DNA of 64,000 nucleotides from Nitrospirota bacterium (GTDB taxonomy: Bacteria > Nitrospirota > UBA9217): NCBI GenBank assembly GCA_963740085.1, contig CAVUCU010000001.1:384001-448000 (forward strand), written 5' to 3'. A program made the translations under genes and the position numbers. The notes below the pieces were generated by a model that was given only the letters and a program-made list of their open reading frames with translations, did not search any database and was not told where the DNA came from. Within the stretch, counting starts at the first letter, position 1. The number at the start of each line of letters is the position of its first letter. Below, in pieces: positions 18,573-27,859 of this stretch.

Positions 18573-20642
18573 ATGAGTGGAATCGTCGGATATGTTGGGA
18601 AAAAGAATTCTTTGCAGCTTCTCTTTGATGGCCTTACCCGTTTGGAGTACCGTGGTTATGATTCGTCAGGTATTGCATTTAAGAACGGATCGGGAATCGA
18701 GGTTTACAAAACTCCGGGCAAGCTGAAGGACCTCCAGAAGATACTGCCGAACCCATTACCGGCTATTACGATAGGTATCGGCCACACGCGATGGGCCACC
18801 CATGGGGCGCCATCTGTAGCCAATGCCCATCCGCACACCGTAAAAGGCGTCTCTGTGGTACACAACGGCATCATTGAAAATTACCGCGAGCTAAGGAGCG
18901 AACTGGCGTCTGCAGGACATGTTTTCACATCCCAGACGGACACGGAGGTTGTACCTCAGCTCATTACTCGCTATCTCGACCGCGGTCTTCCGACCGAGGA
19001 GGCGATCCGGCGAGCGATCGCTCACCTTCGCGGGGCTTATGCTCTGGGGATCATACACGAGGGCACGCCGGATACGCTGTTCGCGGTCCGGAACAACAGC
19101 CCGCTCGTCATTGGAATAGGCACGGATGCACAGTACCTCGCGTCCGATGTTGCCGCGCTCCTCCCCTATACGAAGAACTTCATTCATCTTGAAGACCGGC
19201 AAATGGCCGTACTTACGAGCAGTGGCGTCGATCTAAAGCATGCCGAATCTCTGGAGACTCTGCAGCTTGAAGGGAAAATCGTAACAGTCGACTGGACGCC
19301 TGCAATGGCCGAGAAGCAGGGATACGATCACTTCATGCTCAAAGAGATATACGAGCAACCCCAGGGTGTCATGGATACCCTGCGGGAGTGGACCGACGAC
19401 ACGAACAGTCTCATGGAAGAGATGGGCTTCGCGGGTGCCATCAAGGATCTCAGGCGGATCCATATCGCAGCCTGCGGTACGTCGTACCATGCAGGTCTCG
19501 TAGGCCGATACATGATCGAGAAGTTCGTGCACATCCCCGTGGCCGTGGACATTGCCTCGGAGTTCCGGGACATGTGCCCGATCATCCCGAAAGGAACTGC
19601 ACTCATCACCATTACGCAGTCCGGAGAAACGGCCGATACCGTCGCAGCACAGCGCGAAGCGAAGAAAAAAGGAGCGAGGACCTTGACGATCTGCAATGTC
19701 GTCGGCAGCACGACCACGCGCGAGGCTGATTCGGTCCTTTACACGCGCGCGGGGCAGGAGATCGGAGTGGTATCCACCAAGGCCTTCACCGCCCAGCTCG
19801 CCGCCCTGAGCCTCCTGGGTATTGCCCTGGGGACCAGGAAAGGCAAGCTTAGCGCCCTCGAGATCCAGACGCTCAGACCATTCCTGCTCGATCTGCCGAG
19901 GCTCATTCGACAGGCGCTCCAAACCGATGAAAAGGTTAGGGAGATCGCACAGACCCTGGCGAACGCGAAAAGCATGCTGTACGTCGGCCGGGGGATCAAC
20001 TATCCCGTTGCGCTCGAAGGCGCTCTCAAGATGAAGGAACTCGCCTACATTCACGCGGATGGATATCCGGTGGGAGAAATGAAGCATGGCCCCATCGCGC
20101 TGATCGAGGACGGGGTTCCCGTTGTATTCCTGGCAACGATCGACGGCCTGCATGAAAAGATCCTGTCGAACATCGCGGAGGTGAAAGCGATGGGAGGAAG
20201 GATCATTGTGGTCACGGATTCACCCGCCGCCTTCCGCGACACGGTGGATGACATGATCGTAGTGCCGTCGACACATCCTGCGCTCGTTCCTTTTGTCACC
20301 GTTGTACCGCTGCAGCTCCTTGCATATCATGTCGCAGTGATCAAAGGCTGTAATGTAGACCGGCCGAGGAATTTGTCCAAAAGCATAACCGTCGATGACA
20401 AGTGCCAGAATATCGGTTGCAGCTATTCCCGATATTGCCGCAAAAGCATATCCTGCGTGGCTATCACGCCGGATCAGAAAAAGAGCATCGCTAACAGCGT
20501 GGCCCGGATGACAAATGTCAGTAACTGGGCGCAATTGTCCCTTTCCAGCCTGCTTGAATCCAGCGGGCAGCAACTGCAGAAAGAAGTACACAGGGAACAG
20601 GCCTCGAAGGGGTTAGGTACCTGCTTCGAGTCTCCATACTAG
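18573..20642 (+). CDS. glmS: Glutamine-fructose-6-phosphate transaminase, atypical (Cys1->Ser; canonical stop lost at ~20396)
   Basis: LEYRGYDS, GHTRWATHG, HNGIIEN, SQTDTEV, TQSGETADT, STKAFT, KHGPIAL, PRNLSKSITV. Confidence 0.92.
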   Translation: MSGIVGYVGKKNSLQLLFDGLTRLEYRGYDSSGIAFKNGSGIEVYKTPGKLKDLQKILPNPLPAITIGIGHTRWATHGAPSVANAHPHTVKGVSVVHNGIIENYRELRSELASAGHVFTSQTDTEVVPQLITRYLDRGLPTEEAIRRAIAHLRGAYALGIIHEGTPDTLFAVRNNSPLVIGIGTDAQYLASDVAALLPYTKNFIHLEDRQMAVLTSSGVDLKHAESLETLQLEGKIVTVDWTPAMAEKQGYDHFMLKEIYEQPQGVMDTLREWTDDTNSLMEEMGFAGAIKDLRRIHIAACGTSYHAGLVGRYMIEKFVHIPVAVDIASEFRDMCPIIPKGTALITITQSGETADTVAAQREAKKKGARTLTICNVVGSTTTREADSVLYTRAGQEIGVVSTKAFTAQLAALSLLGIALGTRKGKLSALEIQTLRPFLLDLPRLIRQALQTDEKVREIAQTLANAKSMLYVGRGINYPVALEGALKMKELAYIHADGYPVGEMKHGPIALIEDGVPVVFLATIDGLHEKILSNIAEVKAMGGRIIVVTDSPAAFRDTVDDMIVVPSTHPALVPFVTVVPLQLLAYHVAVIKGCNVDRPRNLSKSITVDDKCQNIGCSYSRYCRKSISCVAITPDQKKSIANSVARMTNVSNWAQLSLSSLLESSGQQLQKEVHREQASKGLGTCFESPY

Positions 20643-20903
20643 TGACAAGCGCTGCTTGACTCTCGGCGCAGTAATGGCTCTAGCCGACAAGGAGGGGCTC
20701 TGAAGACCATATTATCTGCCATACGGGCAGCATTTGCGATCGTTCTGATGCTGGTGGGTTTTGCAGCCGGCTTTCTTTTCGGTCGGGCGGACCATCGGAT
20801 TTCCTTTTTTTGGCATGATTTCTCCTTGTTGACTCCAGCCAATCGTGACTTAAATCACATCAAAAATTCATGCACTTCCCTATAATGAAGTTACTCATGA
20901 GGG

Positions 20904-21311
20904 TTGCTTATGGCGTTATTCATTGGTCTTAAAAAATATTCAGTAGCGTTATTTTTCATCATGATCTGCGCATATGCTTCTCTCGCTGCAGCGAATGACC
21001 CGGGCGTGTCTAATACGGTAGCCCAGACAATTCATCCAGCGGATGACTCTCCCCAAAAAATCTCCCTAGGGATTAACAGCGACTGTTTCACTGGCTATTT
21101 CACTAAATTCAGAAGTGTGAGCGCCGCTCTCGAACGCAAGGATATGCCTATCGTCTCGGTGAGTGAATCCTTTGAAGATACCGTTGCCATTACACTCCAC
21201 AAAGACGGCGATAAGGGCATATGGAGTCTTGCTCCGTCGCTCGGCAAATATAGTTTTAACTTATTGGATGATATCAAGAATTTTCAGGTGGTGCTGAAGT
21301 ACAGGTTCTAG
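20904..21311 (+). CDS. Exported hypothetical protein ending in a beta-signal-like FQVVLKYRF
   Basis: Signal-peptide-like N terminus; terminal Phe with alternating hydrophobic residues. Confidence 0.55.
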   Translation: MLMALFIGLKKYSVALFFIMICAYASLAAANDPGVSNTVAQTIHPADDSPQKISLGINSDCFTGYFTKFRSVSAALERKDMPIVSVSESFEDTVAITLHKDGDKGIWSLAPSLGKYSFNLLDDIKNFQVVLKYRF

Positions 21312-21472
21312 TCAGGAATCATTTTCATCATTGTTTCTTTTTCTGATCACGCAGGATTACAGCATTTTTCCGGGATCCCCCCTGGCAATTCCTAATTGAA
21401 ACGCGCACATAAATTTCTTACGAAAACAGTGCAATCTTCAGAAGAACATCGCACTTCTTCCGTCATTAATAA

Positions 21473-21709
21473 TCAGGGTTCATGAATTTTGTGACAGGCA
21501 AGACATTGTTCCTTCGGAGGATGAGTAGTTTTCAACGGTGCCTGCTTGCCCGGCGCATGACAGGTTACACAGCTTTCCAGCAGCGTTATAGTACGCTGGT
21601 GAATAGTATCGTCGGGGATATACGGGGCCTTTTTACCCCGCGATGAAATAAAGAAAAGAACGGCGACGATGACACCGGCTACCAATATTAACGACCATGT
21701 ACTTTTCAT
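21473..21709 (-). CDS. Small membrane-anchored diheme cytochrome c
   Basis: N-terminal TM, CVTCH and CLACH, GAGGGG RBS. Confidence 0.8.
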   Translation of the reverse strand: MKSTWSLILVAGVIVAVLFFISSRGKKAPYIPDDTIHQRTITLLESCVTCHAPGKQAPLKTTHPPKEQCLACHKIHEP

Positions 21710-21745
21710 GTTACCCCTCTTTTGACCCTTCTCTTTCCTGCTTTG

Positions 21746-22063
21746 CTACATCGTGTTAAGAAGCTTGTAATACTCCTTTATCGTTCGAATGGATGCCAGC
21801 GTTGATTGGAACAATATCCAGCTGAGCGCAAGGATCACGATCGTGAGCCCGATCTTCCATCCGCGCGCCGTATTGGGACGCCACCAGATCAGCGGCAATG
21901 CCAGGGGACCCACGGTGCAAACCGCTATGATAATGAATGATTTTCGGAAATACCATTTGATCGTCGTAGATAGGCGGGAGGACGCATTGAGGAATTCGCC
22001 GCAGTGCCTGCACTTGATCGCCGCGTCTTGGATCTCTTCAGCACAAAAAGGGCACTTCTTCAT
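21746..22063 (-). CDS. Zinc-ribbon membrane protein
   Basis: KKCPFCAEEIQDAAIKCRHCGE followed by two TM helices. Confidence 0.85.
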   Translation of the reverse strand: MKKCPFCAEEIQDAAIKCRHCGEFLNASSRLSTTIKWYFRKSFIIIAVCTVGPLALPLIWWRPNTARGWKIGLTIVILALSWILFQSTLASIRTIKEYYKLLNTM

Positions 22064-22154
22064 AACTCATTTCCCTGGTCGAACTCGGCGGACGAACAGC
22101 GTATCCTTCCACAAACACGATATCAGATATATCTGATAAAAACAAGTAGCTTGC

Positions 22155-22185
22155 AATAAAAAAGCCCCTCGATCGAGGGGCTTTT
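22155..22185 (-). terminator. Rho-independent terminator, likely bidirectional
   Basis: AAAAGCCCCTCGATCGAGGGGCTTTT perfect hairpin with T tracts, after the multiheme gene. Confidence 0.8.
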
Positions 22186-22210
22186 GATGCGGACCTTGCC
22201 TTGGACCTCT

Positions 22211-24625
22211 TTATTCCCAACCCTCTGCAACAACCTTCTTCGCCCTCTTATGCGGGAATTTTTCCATCAGCTTGCCGATCGGCAATTTTTCGTCTCCCGC
22301 TCTCATGAAATGGAGCAGTGTCACTGATGCCCAGTAATCATGGTAATACTCCGTTCCCTCAAGCTGGACAGGCACACCCTTGTCATTCACGCGATGACAG
22401 GCGGAGCAGGTGACCGGTCCCGCGTATTTCCCGTCGGGGCTGAACTGGAGCGCCTGCTGATGCGACGTGACGTCGACGCTCCCGTCCGGCCCTTCATCAC
22501 GAACAGGGTACAGCCCGTGGATCGATTCGTGGCAGGACTGGCAGGCGATGGAACCGTGAGCCTTCGAGTATCGATAGAGAGAATATTTGTTCGGCTGGTC
22601 GATCGGGAAGTAGGTCCCGCCCTCGCTTTCGACAAACGGCGCAAGGTGGCAGTCGGCGCAGTGCGGCTCACCCGCAGCAAGCCACCAGTCCTTGCCCGCC
22701 GAAGCACCGTCATAGGGCACGGGATCGCCTTCCTTCGCGTTCCAGGCGAGGAGCTTGAGCTTCCCCGCGCTGTCCTTGGATGCCTTTACAAGCGTCGCTC
22801 CCGTATGTTTCCCGTAGTATGATAACAGCGGATTTCCCTCGGCCCCGACAACGGGATCGGCGAAATAGGTCCTGAATTTTTTCTTATCGCCGTTAGCCAC
22901 GGCCTTCATGATCTTCGCGAGCGGTTTATCCCGCAAGGTCTTGCCCTCCTGGGTTGCGGCATTCGTGAGATCATCGTAGTTGTACAGCTCGTGAGCAAGC
23001 TGGTTATGGCAGTTGGAGCAGTACAGGCCCCTCATTTCCTTGATCGGCTTTCCCCTCTCGTCCTTCATGCTCACTTCCTTGAGATACCACGTCCCGATCT
23101 TGTTCAGGAAGAAGGGAGGCTTGACCGCGGGGTTCGTGTGCGCGTCCCTCCTCAGGTAGCATCCTCCTCCGGCAACGCGCAGATCGGAGTTCGTGAAACG
23201 CGGATTTCCTTCCTTGTCCAGGATCCAGTAGGGATTCGTTTCATCGTTCATCTTTTCCTGCTGCCAGTGAGTGGGATGACAGGCCTGGCAGCTCTGGGTC
23301 CTTCCCGCCTTGTCCGGCATGGGGACGAACGACGCATGGGCCGCGTGGATCGCCTCGGTGAGGGGCTTGGCCTTTACCGCTTTGTATCCGGTAGCCGTCG
23401 GCCGCGGCGACTGGAGGTTGCCGCTGACATTGTCGCCGTGGCAGTCGGCGCAATTCACCGGCCCCACTGAGCCGAGCCGGTTGAAGGCCACACCTGGATT
23501 ATAATCCTTGAGGAAGGCCGTTCCATTGAACTTGTCGTGCAGTTCAAGGACGTTGATGGACGATTCTGACAGCCGGGCCATGAACTCCGACATGTCGGGA
23601 TAGTTCTTCTTCCAGTAGGCGTACTCCTTGTCGAACAGGGTCAGACCATCCTTCCGTGACATTCGGGCGGCCTTTCCCTCACGCGAGTGACAGTCGTAAC
23701 AGTTCGGAAGGTCCACGGGATTCGTGCCGAAAAATTCGACCGGCTTTCCATTCGCCATGACCGGCTTGCCGCTCTTATCGTCGAGCCTGACCAGGGAGTA
23801 TTGAAAGGGCTGAAAGTCTTTTTGCGAGATTGTGCGCATGGTCCCTTTTCTCCTGCTGTCGTTGAATGCCGTAAGGGGGAGACCCAGCGCATCCCAGAGA
23901 TAGGACGCCGTGAGCGTAAGCTGTATGTTCCTGACCTCGGGGATCAAGGAATCGGTAAAGACCTTGTTCCCGCCCGTGCTTCCTGCATAGGCCAGAGAGC
24001 CTCCGGCGAGACTCTTACCGGTAGGGCCCGCATCCATCGGTACCTGGATCTGTTTTCCCACGAAGAGCCGTTTCGCATCCGACCAGTCGGGAGGGATCGT
24101 CCCTTCGAGATCCTTGTATATGAAGAGGTGCGTCCACACATAGTTCGCCATGGAATCACCGGGACCGTTCATTCTGCCGTTCCCGTACACGTCCTTCGGC
24201 ACCTGCCAGAACTTCATCTTGTTGCCTTCGCTATAGCTGTTGTCCCTGACCGAGTACGTGAGCGATAAGCCGTCGTCCGGCGACAGGAGATGGGGAACTT
24301 CCCCTTTCATCGCGGTCCTGACGGCCTGGGCCTGGATGCTGTTGTAGGGCGGGATGACGCAGCAGTAGGAAATGTCGAAGCCCACGCAGTGCATGCCAAG
24401 TTCATAGTTGATGAATATGGCGTAGGGGTCCCGCGGGTCATAGAGCGTCACGGACTTTCCCGAGCTGTCCTTGACCGGGATCTGATTTAAGGCTGAAAGC
24501 TGGAACCGCGGCGTTCCGTCGCCGGCGCCGCCCTGTTGCGAGCCGGCAAAAGGAGGATAACCGATGATGAACGCGGCTGACAACAAAAACAGAAACACAG
24601 TACTGAAAATCTTTTTTCTTTTCAT
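22211..24625 (-). CDS. Large periplasmic multiheme c-type cytochrome (7 CxxCH)
   Basis: Sec signal; CYDCH, CADCH, CQACH, CSNCH, CADCH, CQSCH, CSACH; N-terminal ELGMHC..IPPYN domain. Confidence 0.88.
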   Translation of the reverse strand: MKRKKIFSTVFLFLLSAAFIIGYPPFAGSQQGGAGDGTPRFQLSALNQIPVKDSSGKSVTLYDPRDPYAIFINYELGMHCVGFDISYCCVIPPYNSIQAQAVRTAMKGEVPHLLSPDDGLSLTYSVRDNSYSEGNKMKFWQVPKDVYGNGRMNGPGDSMANYVWTHLFIYKDLEGTIPPDWSDAKRLFVGKQIQVPMDAGPTGKSLAGGSLAYAGSTGGNKVFTDSLIPEVRNIQLTLTASYLWDALGLPLTAFNDSRRKGTMRTISQKDFQPFQYSLVRLDDKSGKPVMANGKPVEFFGTNPVDLPNCYDCHSREGKAARMSRKDGLTLFDKEYAYWKKNYPDMSEFMARLSESSINVLELHDKFNGTAFLKDYNPGVAFNRLGSVGPVNCADCHGDNVSGNLQSPRPTATGYKAVKAKPLTEAIHAAHASFVPMPDKAGRTQSCQACHPTHWQQEKMNDETNPYWILDKEGNPRFTNSDLRVAGGGCYLRRDAHTNPAVKPPFFLNKIGTWYLKEVSMKDERGKPIKEMRGLYCSNCHNQLAHELYNYDDLTNAATQEGKTLRDKPLAKIMKAVANGDKKKFRTYFADPVVGAEGNPLLSYYGKHTGATLVKASKDSAGKLKLLAWNAKEGDPVPYDGASAGKDWWLAAGEPHCADCHLAPFVESEGGTYFPIDQPNKYSLYRYSKAHGSIACQSCHESIHGLYPVRDEGPDGSVDVTSHQQALQFSPDGKYAGPVTCSACHRVNDKGVPVQLEGTEYYHDYWASVTLLHFMRAGDEKLPIGKLMEKFPHKRAKKVVAEGWE

Positions 24626-24948
24626 GACAACACCCCCTCATCTTGGATGGTTTGCAAATGCATTGATTTCGGTTAGACAGAGATCCGCTTCTGAAAAGAA
24701 CTTATAAAAAATACCTGACAGAAACGCCGTATTTAACTATCCCAAATAATTATCGAGTCCTGATACTATAGTATCTAGTTGATGAATTTGCTCCTTACTG
24801 CAGAAGGTCTTATTTTTACTATAGCAGATATGATAGGGAGTGGTTTGGCCGGAATGTCAAAAATGCATGGTGTTTATATTTTTGATAAAAGTATGCACGA
24901 AGAACGAGAGCAACCTGCTTGAAGCCCGACAAGGCCGCGTTCAAATCC

Positions 24949-25401
24949 TTACTGATCACTGCTATGCTTCGGATATTGGGCGAATTCCAGAATAATTCCA
25001 TCAGGACCGTAAAAATATACCAGCTTCTTTCCGGTTTTTTCCCAGACCTGGATGCTGCTTTGGAATTCGACTCCTTCGGCCTCGAGACGCTTGACCTCCT
25101 CTTCAATATCGTCCACGGCAAAGGCCATATGACGAAACCCGAGCTGATTCGGTTTGCTCAACCCGGGGTCCCTTCCCCCGACCGGCGAGTAGTACTGTAT
25201 CAATTCTACCTTCGTCGCGGAACCGGGCAAAGACAAGCCGACGAATTCAGCATCGAAATCGGGAAGACCTGTGACGATGGTGAACCGCTCACCTGAAATA
25301 CGTGAGGATATCTCTTCTTTGAAACCGAGTTTCATGAAAAAATCTTTTGCCTTCTGAAGGTCGCTCACAACGACGTTGATATGGTCCAGTTTTTTTATCA
25401 T
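24949..25401 (-). CDS. VOC/glyoxalase family protein
   Basis: LDHINVVVSDL, GFRHMAFAVDDI, YFYGPDGIILE. Confidence 0.88.
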   Translation of the reverse strand: MIKKLDHINVVVSDLQKAKDFFMKLGFKEEISSRISGERFTIVTGLPDFDAEFVGLSLPGSATKVELIQYYSPVGGRDPGLSKPNQLGFRHMAFAVDDIEEEVKRLEAEGVEFQSSIQVWEKTGKKLVYFYGPDGIILEFAQYPKHSSDQ

Positions 25402-25448
25402 GTTTAATTCCTTATTCCGGAATTTAGCGGGCCGGTCGATTGATCCCC

Positions 25449-26180
25449 TCAGGTATCGCGAAGCGGATCCCTGCTCTTCCCGTCGAGAAAGTCTTTGTAC
25501 AGCTTATAATGCGCGGTCTCTTCATAGTGCGTCTTGTTTATCCGAACATCGTCAAAACTGTAAATGACGGCTCCGGGACACGCCAAAAGAAGCGGAGAAT
25601 GGGTCGCCAGGATGAATTGAGCCTGACCGGTCCTGCTTAACGTGTCCAGCAGCTGAAGCAGCTCCAGCTGGCTGCGCGGCGAAAGCGCTGTTTCGGGTTC
25701 ATCGACCAGATAAAGGCCTTTCCGCTGATACCGGCTCTTGAAAAACGACATGACCGACTGGCCATGCGACTGTGTCATCAAAGACCTGCCTCCGAAGTAT
25801 TCAAGCTGCCCGGGATCATTTGCAGCCCACTCATCGAGCAGTTGGGCAAAATGATGAAAGATGTCGGAACCGAAAAACGAACCGGGGACCGGATCAGCCG
25901 TCCATTCGACCGACAAACAATGATGGAATTTGTCCTCATAGGGATTGTATTGATAGCGTTTCCTGTCCTGGTCACGCCAGATGTAAATACCGCACGCCTG
26001 CGATATCGCTTCCAGAAGGGTTGATTTCCCCGTACCGTTCTCGCCGACGAACAGGGTGACCGGCGTGCTGAATGAGATGGTTTGAGCAAGGCGAAAAATG
26101 GGGAGGTTAAAGGGGTATCGATCCCCGTCAGGATATTTTTCCGGATGAAGTGTTACGCTTTTTAGATGCAATGAGCACAT
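25449..26180 (-). CDS. ABC-type/AAA ATPase (COG3910-like)
   Basis: GENGTGKST, QSHGQS, DEPETALSP, ATHSP. Confidence 0.88.
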   Translation of the reverse strand: MCSLHLKSVTLHPEKYPDGDRYPFNLPIFRLAQTISFSTPVTLFVGENGTGKSTLLEAISQACGIYIWRDQDRKRYQYNPYEDKFHHCLSVEWTADPVPGSFFGSDIFHHFAQLLDEWAANDPGQLEYFGGRSLMTQSHGQSVMSFFKSRYQRKGLYLVDEPETALSPRSQLELLQLLDTLSRTGQAQFILATHSPLLLACPGAVIYSFDDVRINKTHYEETAHYKLYKDFLDGKSRDPLRDT

Positions 26181-26192
26181 TCCTTTTTGACA

Positions 26193-27752
26193 TCAGGTCA
26201 ACAGCAACTGATTATCCTTCGACCTGCTCTCCCCCACGCTCGAGACAGTGATCGCCGGCCTGCCGAGCACCGGGCATTTGGCCTCGCAGATGCCGCAGCC
26301 TATGCAGAGTTCAAGGTCCACGCGTGGCTGCTGCAGGGTCAGGACTCTTCCCTTGCGGTCGCGCACCTGAACCTTCTCGAACCAGATGGCCTTCTTTGGC
26401 GTGGGACAAACCTCTTCGCACATGATGCACGGCGTGGCATGTGCCCAGGGAAGACAGCGTCCTTTATCGATCATCGCGAGACCAAGCTTGACCTTGGATT
26501 TTTCGTCGAGCGTGAGCTTTTTGATCGCTCCGGTCGGGCAGACCTGTCCGCACAGCGTGCAGCGGTATTCGCAATACCCGATGCGCGGCACGAGCACGGG
26601 AGACCAGACGCCTTCCACGCCCGCTTCCAGCAGCGTGGGTTGAAGTCCGTTCGTGGTACAGACCTTCATGCACTCACCGCACTTCACGCACCGCTTGAGG
26701 AACTCTTTTTCCTCGAGCGATCCCGGCGGACGAATGAGCCCGGGGTTCCTGGAATTCGCCTTGGTAAGCGGCGTAATGCGCAGGAACGGAACAACCGCTA
26801 TTCCGCCGATCACAGACGTGACGATCCTTCTCCTGCCGAGGTCCATGGCCGCTGTCGGCTTCTTCCTGCTGAAACCGAAACTGACCGCGTTCTGCGGGCA
26901 GACATCGTCGCAATTCCAGCAGGTGAGACATTCCGTGTCCTTCCATTTTTCTTTTTGATCAGGCGACGCGTTCCCCTGGCAGACCGTGCCGCAGGCCCCG
27001 CACTCCGTGCAATCCTCGCTCACGGAGCGTTTGAGCAGCGAGAACCTCGACAAAAGACCGAGGAGCGCGCCGAGCGGACACAAGTACTTGCACCAGAACC
27101 TTTTCTCGATCAAGTTCAGACCGAGGACGACGAAGAAGATCGTGCCGATGAGAACGTTCTGATTGTAGAAGGACTGCTCAAAGGAAAGCACGGTCTTCTT
27201 CAGGAGGGTGAAGACCGGTTCGGAGAGGGCCGCGGCGCCGAGAGGATTTGACGCATAGATCGTGTCGAAGGCCGCGCGTATCCCGTAATTGAAGGTCGGG
27301 TAGACGCCAATGGAGAACGAACGAATAAGGAGAGACAACGGGTCCATGATCCCGACGGGCTGGAGCGTGAAGATTGCCGATGCGATCATACCGGTCAGGA
27401 TATAATATTTGATCCGGTACCAGCCCCTGCCCCGGTGAGCAGCCGCCTTTTTTCTGATCGAACCAACCATATTGTTCAGCGTGCCGAGCGGACATGCCCA
27501 CCCGCAGAATACCCTGCCGAAGAGAAGCGTGATGATCATGGTGATGATCGAGAAGTAGAACGCCTTTGCCGCGGCATGGGCGGAGAGGAGCGTTGAAACG
27601 AGAATAAGCGGGTCAAAATCGAGAAAAAGCCGCACGGGATAGCCGAGTTCATCATTCCCCTTGGACTCGGTCTGGATGAAAAGGAAGAGAAAGAGGAGGA
27701 GGAATAATCCCTGTACGAGCCTGCGCGCGTTTTTAATGGTAACGAATCGCAT
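26193..27752 (-). CDS. Membrane polyferredoxin (NapH/MauN plus NapG/MauM-like 4Fe-4S domains)
   Basis: GRVFCGWACPLG, RFWCKYLCPLG, many CxxCxxCxxxCP motifs, IRPPG. Confidence 0.88.
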   Translation of the reverse strand: MRFVTIKNARRLVQGLFLLLFLFLFIQTESKGNDELGYPVRLFLDFDPLILVSTLLSAHAAAKAFYFSIITMIITLLFGRVFCGWACPLGTLNNMVGSIRKKAAAHRGRGWYRIKYYILTGMIASAIFTLQPVGIMDPLSLLIRSFSIGVYPTFNYGIRAAFDTIYASNPLGAAALSEPVFTLLKKTVLSFEQSFYNQNVLIGTIFFVVLGLNLIEKRFWCKYLCPLGALLGLLSRFSLLKRSVSEDCTECGACGTVCQGNASPDQKEKWKDTECLTCWNCDDVCPQNAVSFGFSRKKPTAAMDLGRRRIVTSVIGGIAVVPFLRITPLTKANSRNPGLIRPPGSLEEKEFLKRCVKCGECMKVCTTNGLQPTLLEAGVEGVWSPVLVPRIGYCEYRCTLCGQVCPTGAIKKLTLDEKSKVKLGLAMIDKGRCLPWAHATPCIMCEEVCPTPKKAIWFEKVQVRDRKGRVLTLQQPRVDLELCIGCGICEAKCPVLGRPAITVSSVGESRSKDNQLLLT

Positions 27753-27859
27753 GGTCTTTCATCGTTCGGATACCTCTCCTAATCACCGCACCTATTGATC
27801 CCACCTGGCCGCGGAGGTATTGGAAAGGTTATCACTTGCACCAACTTTTGCCAGTGTGG

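Noticed and set aside
20811-20826. Possible sigma54 promoter TGGCATGATTT
   Set aside because: Lacks the -12 GC
26187-27251. Long antisense ORFs (also 1460-2467, 19233-20153, 27836-28696 and others)
   Set aside because: Shadow frames of GC-rich genes with clear products on the opposite strand
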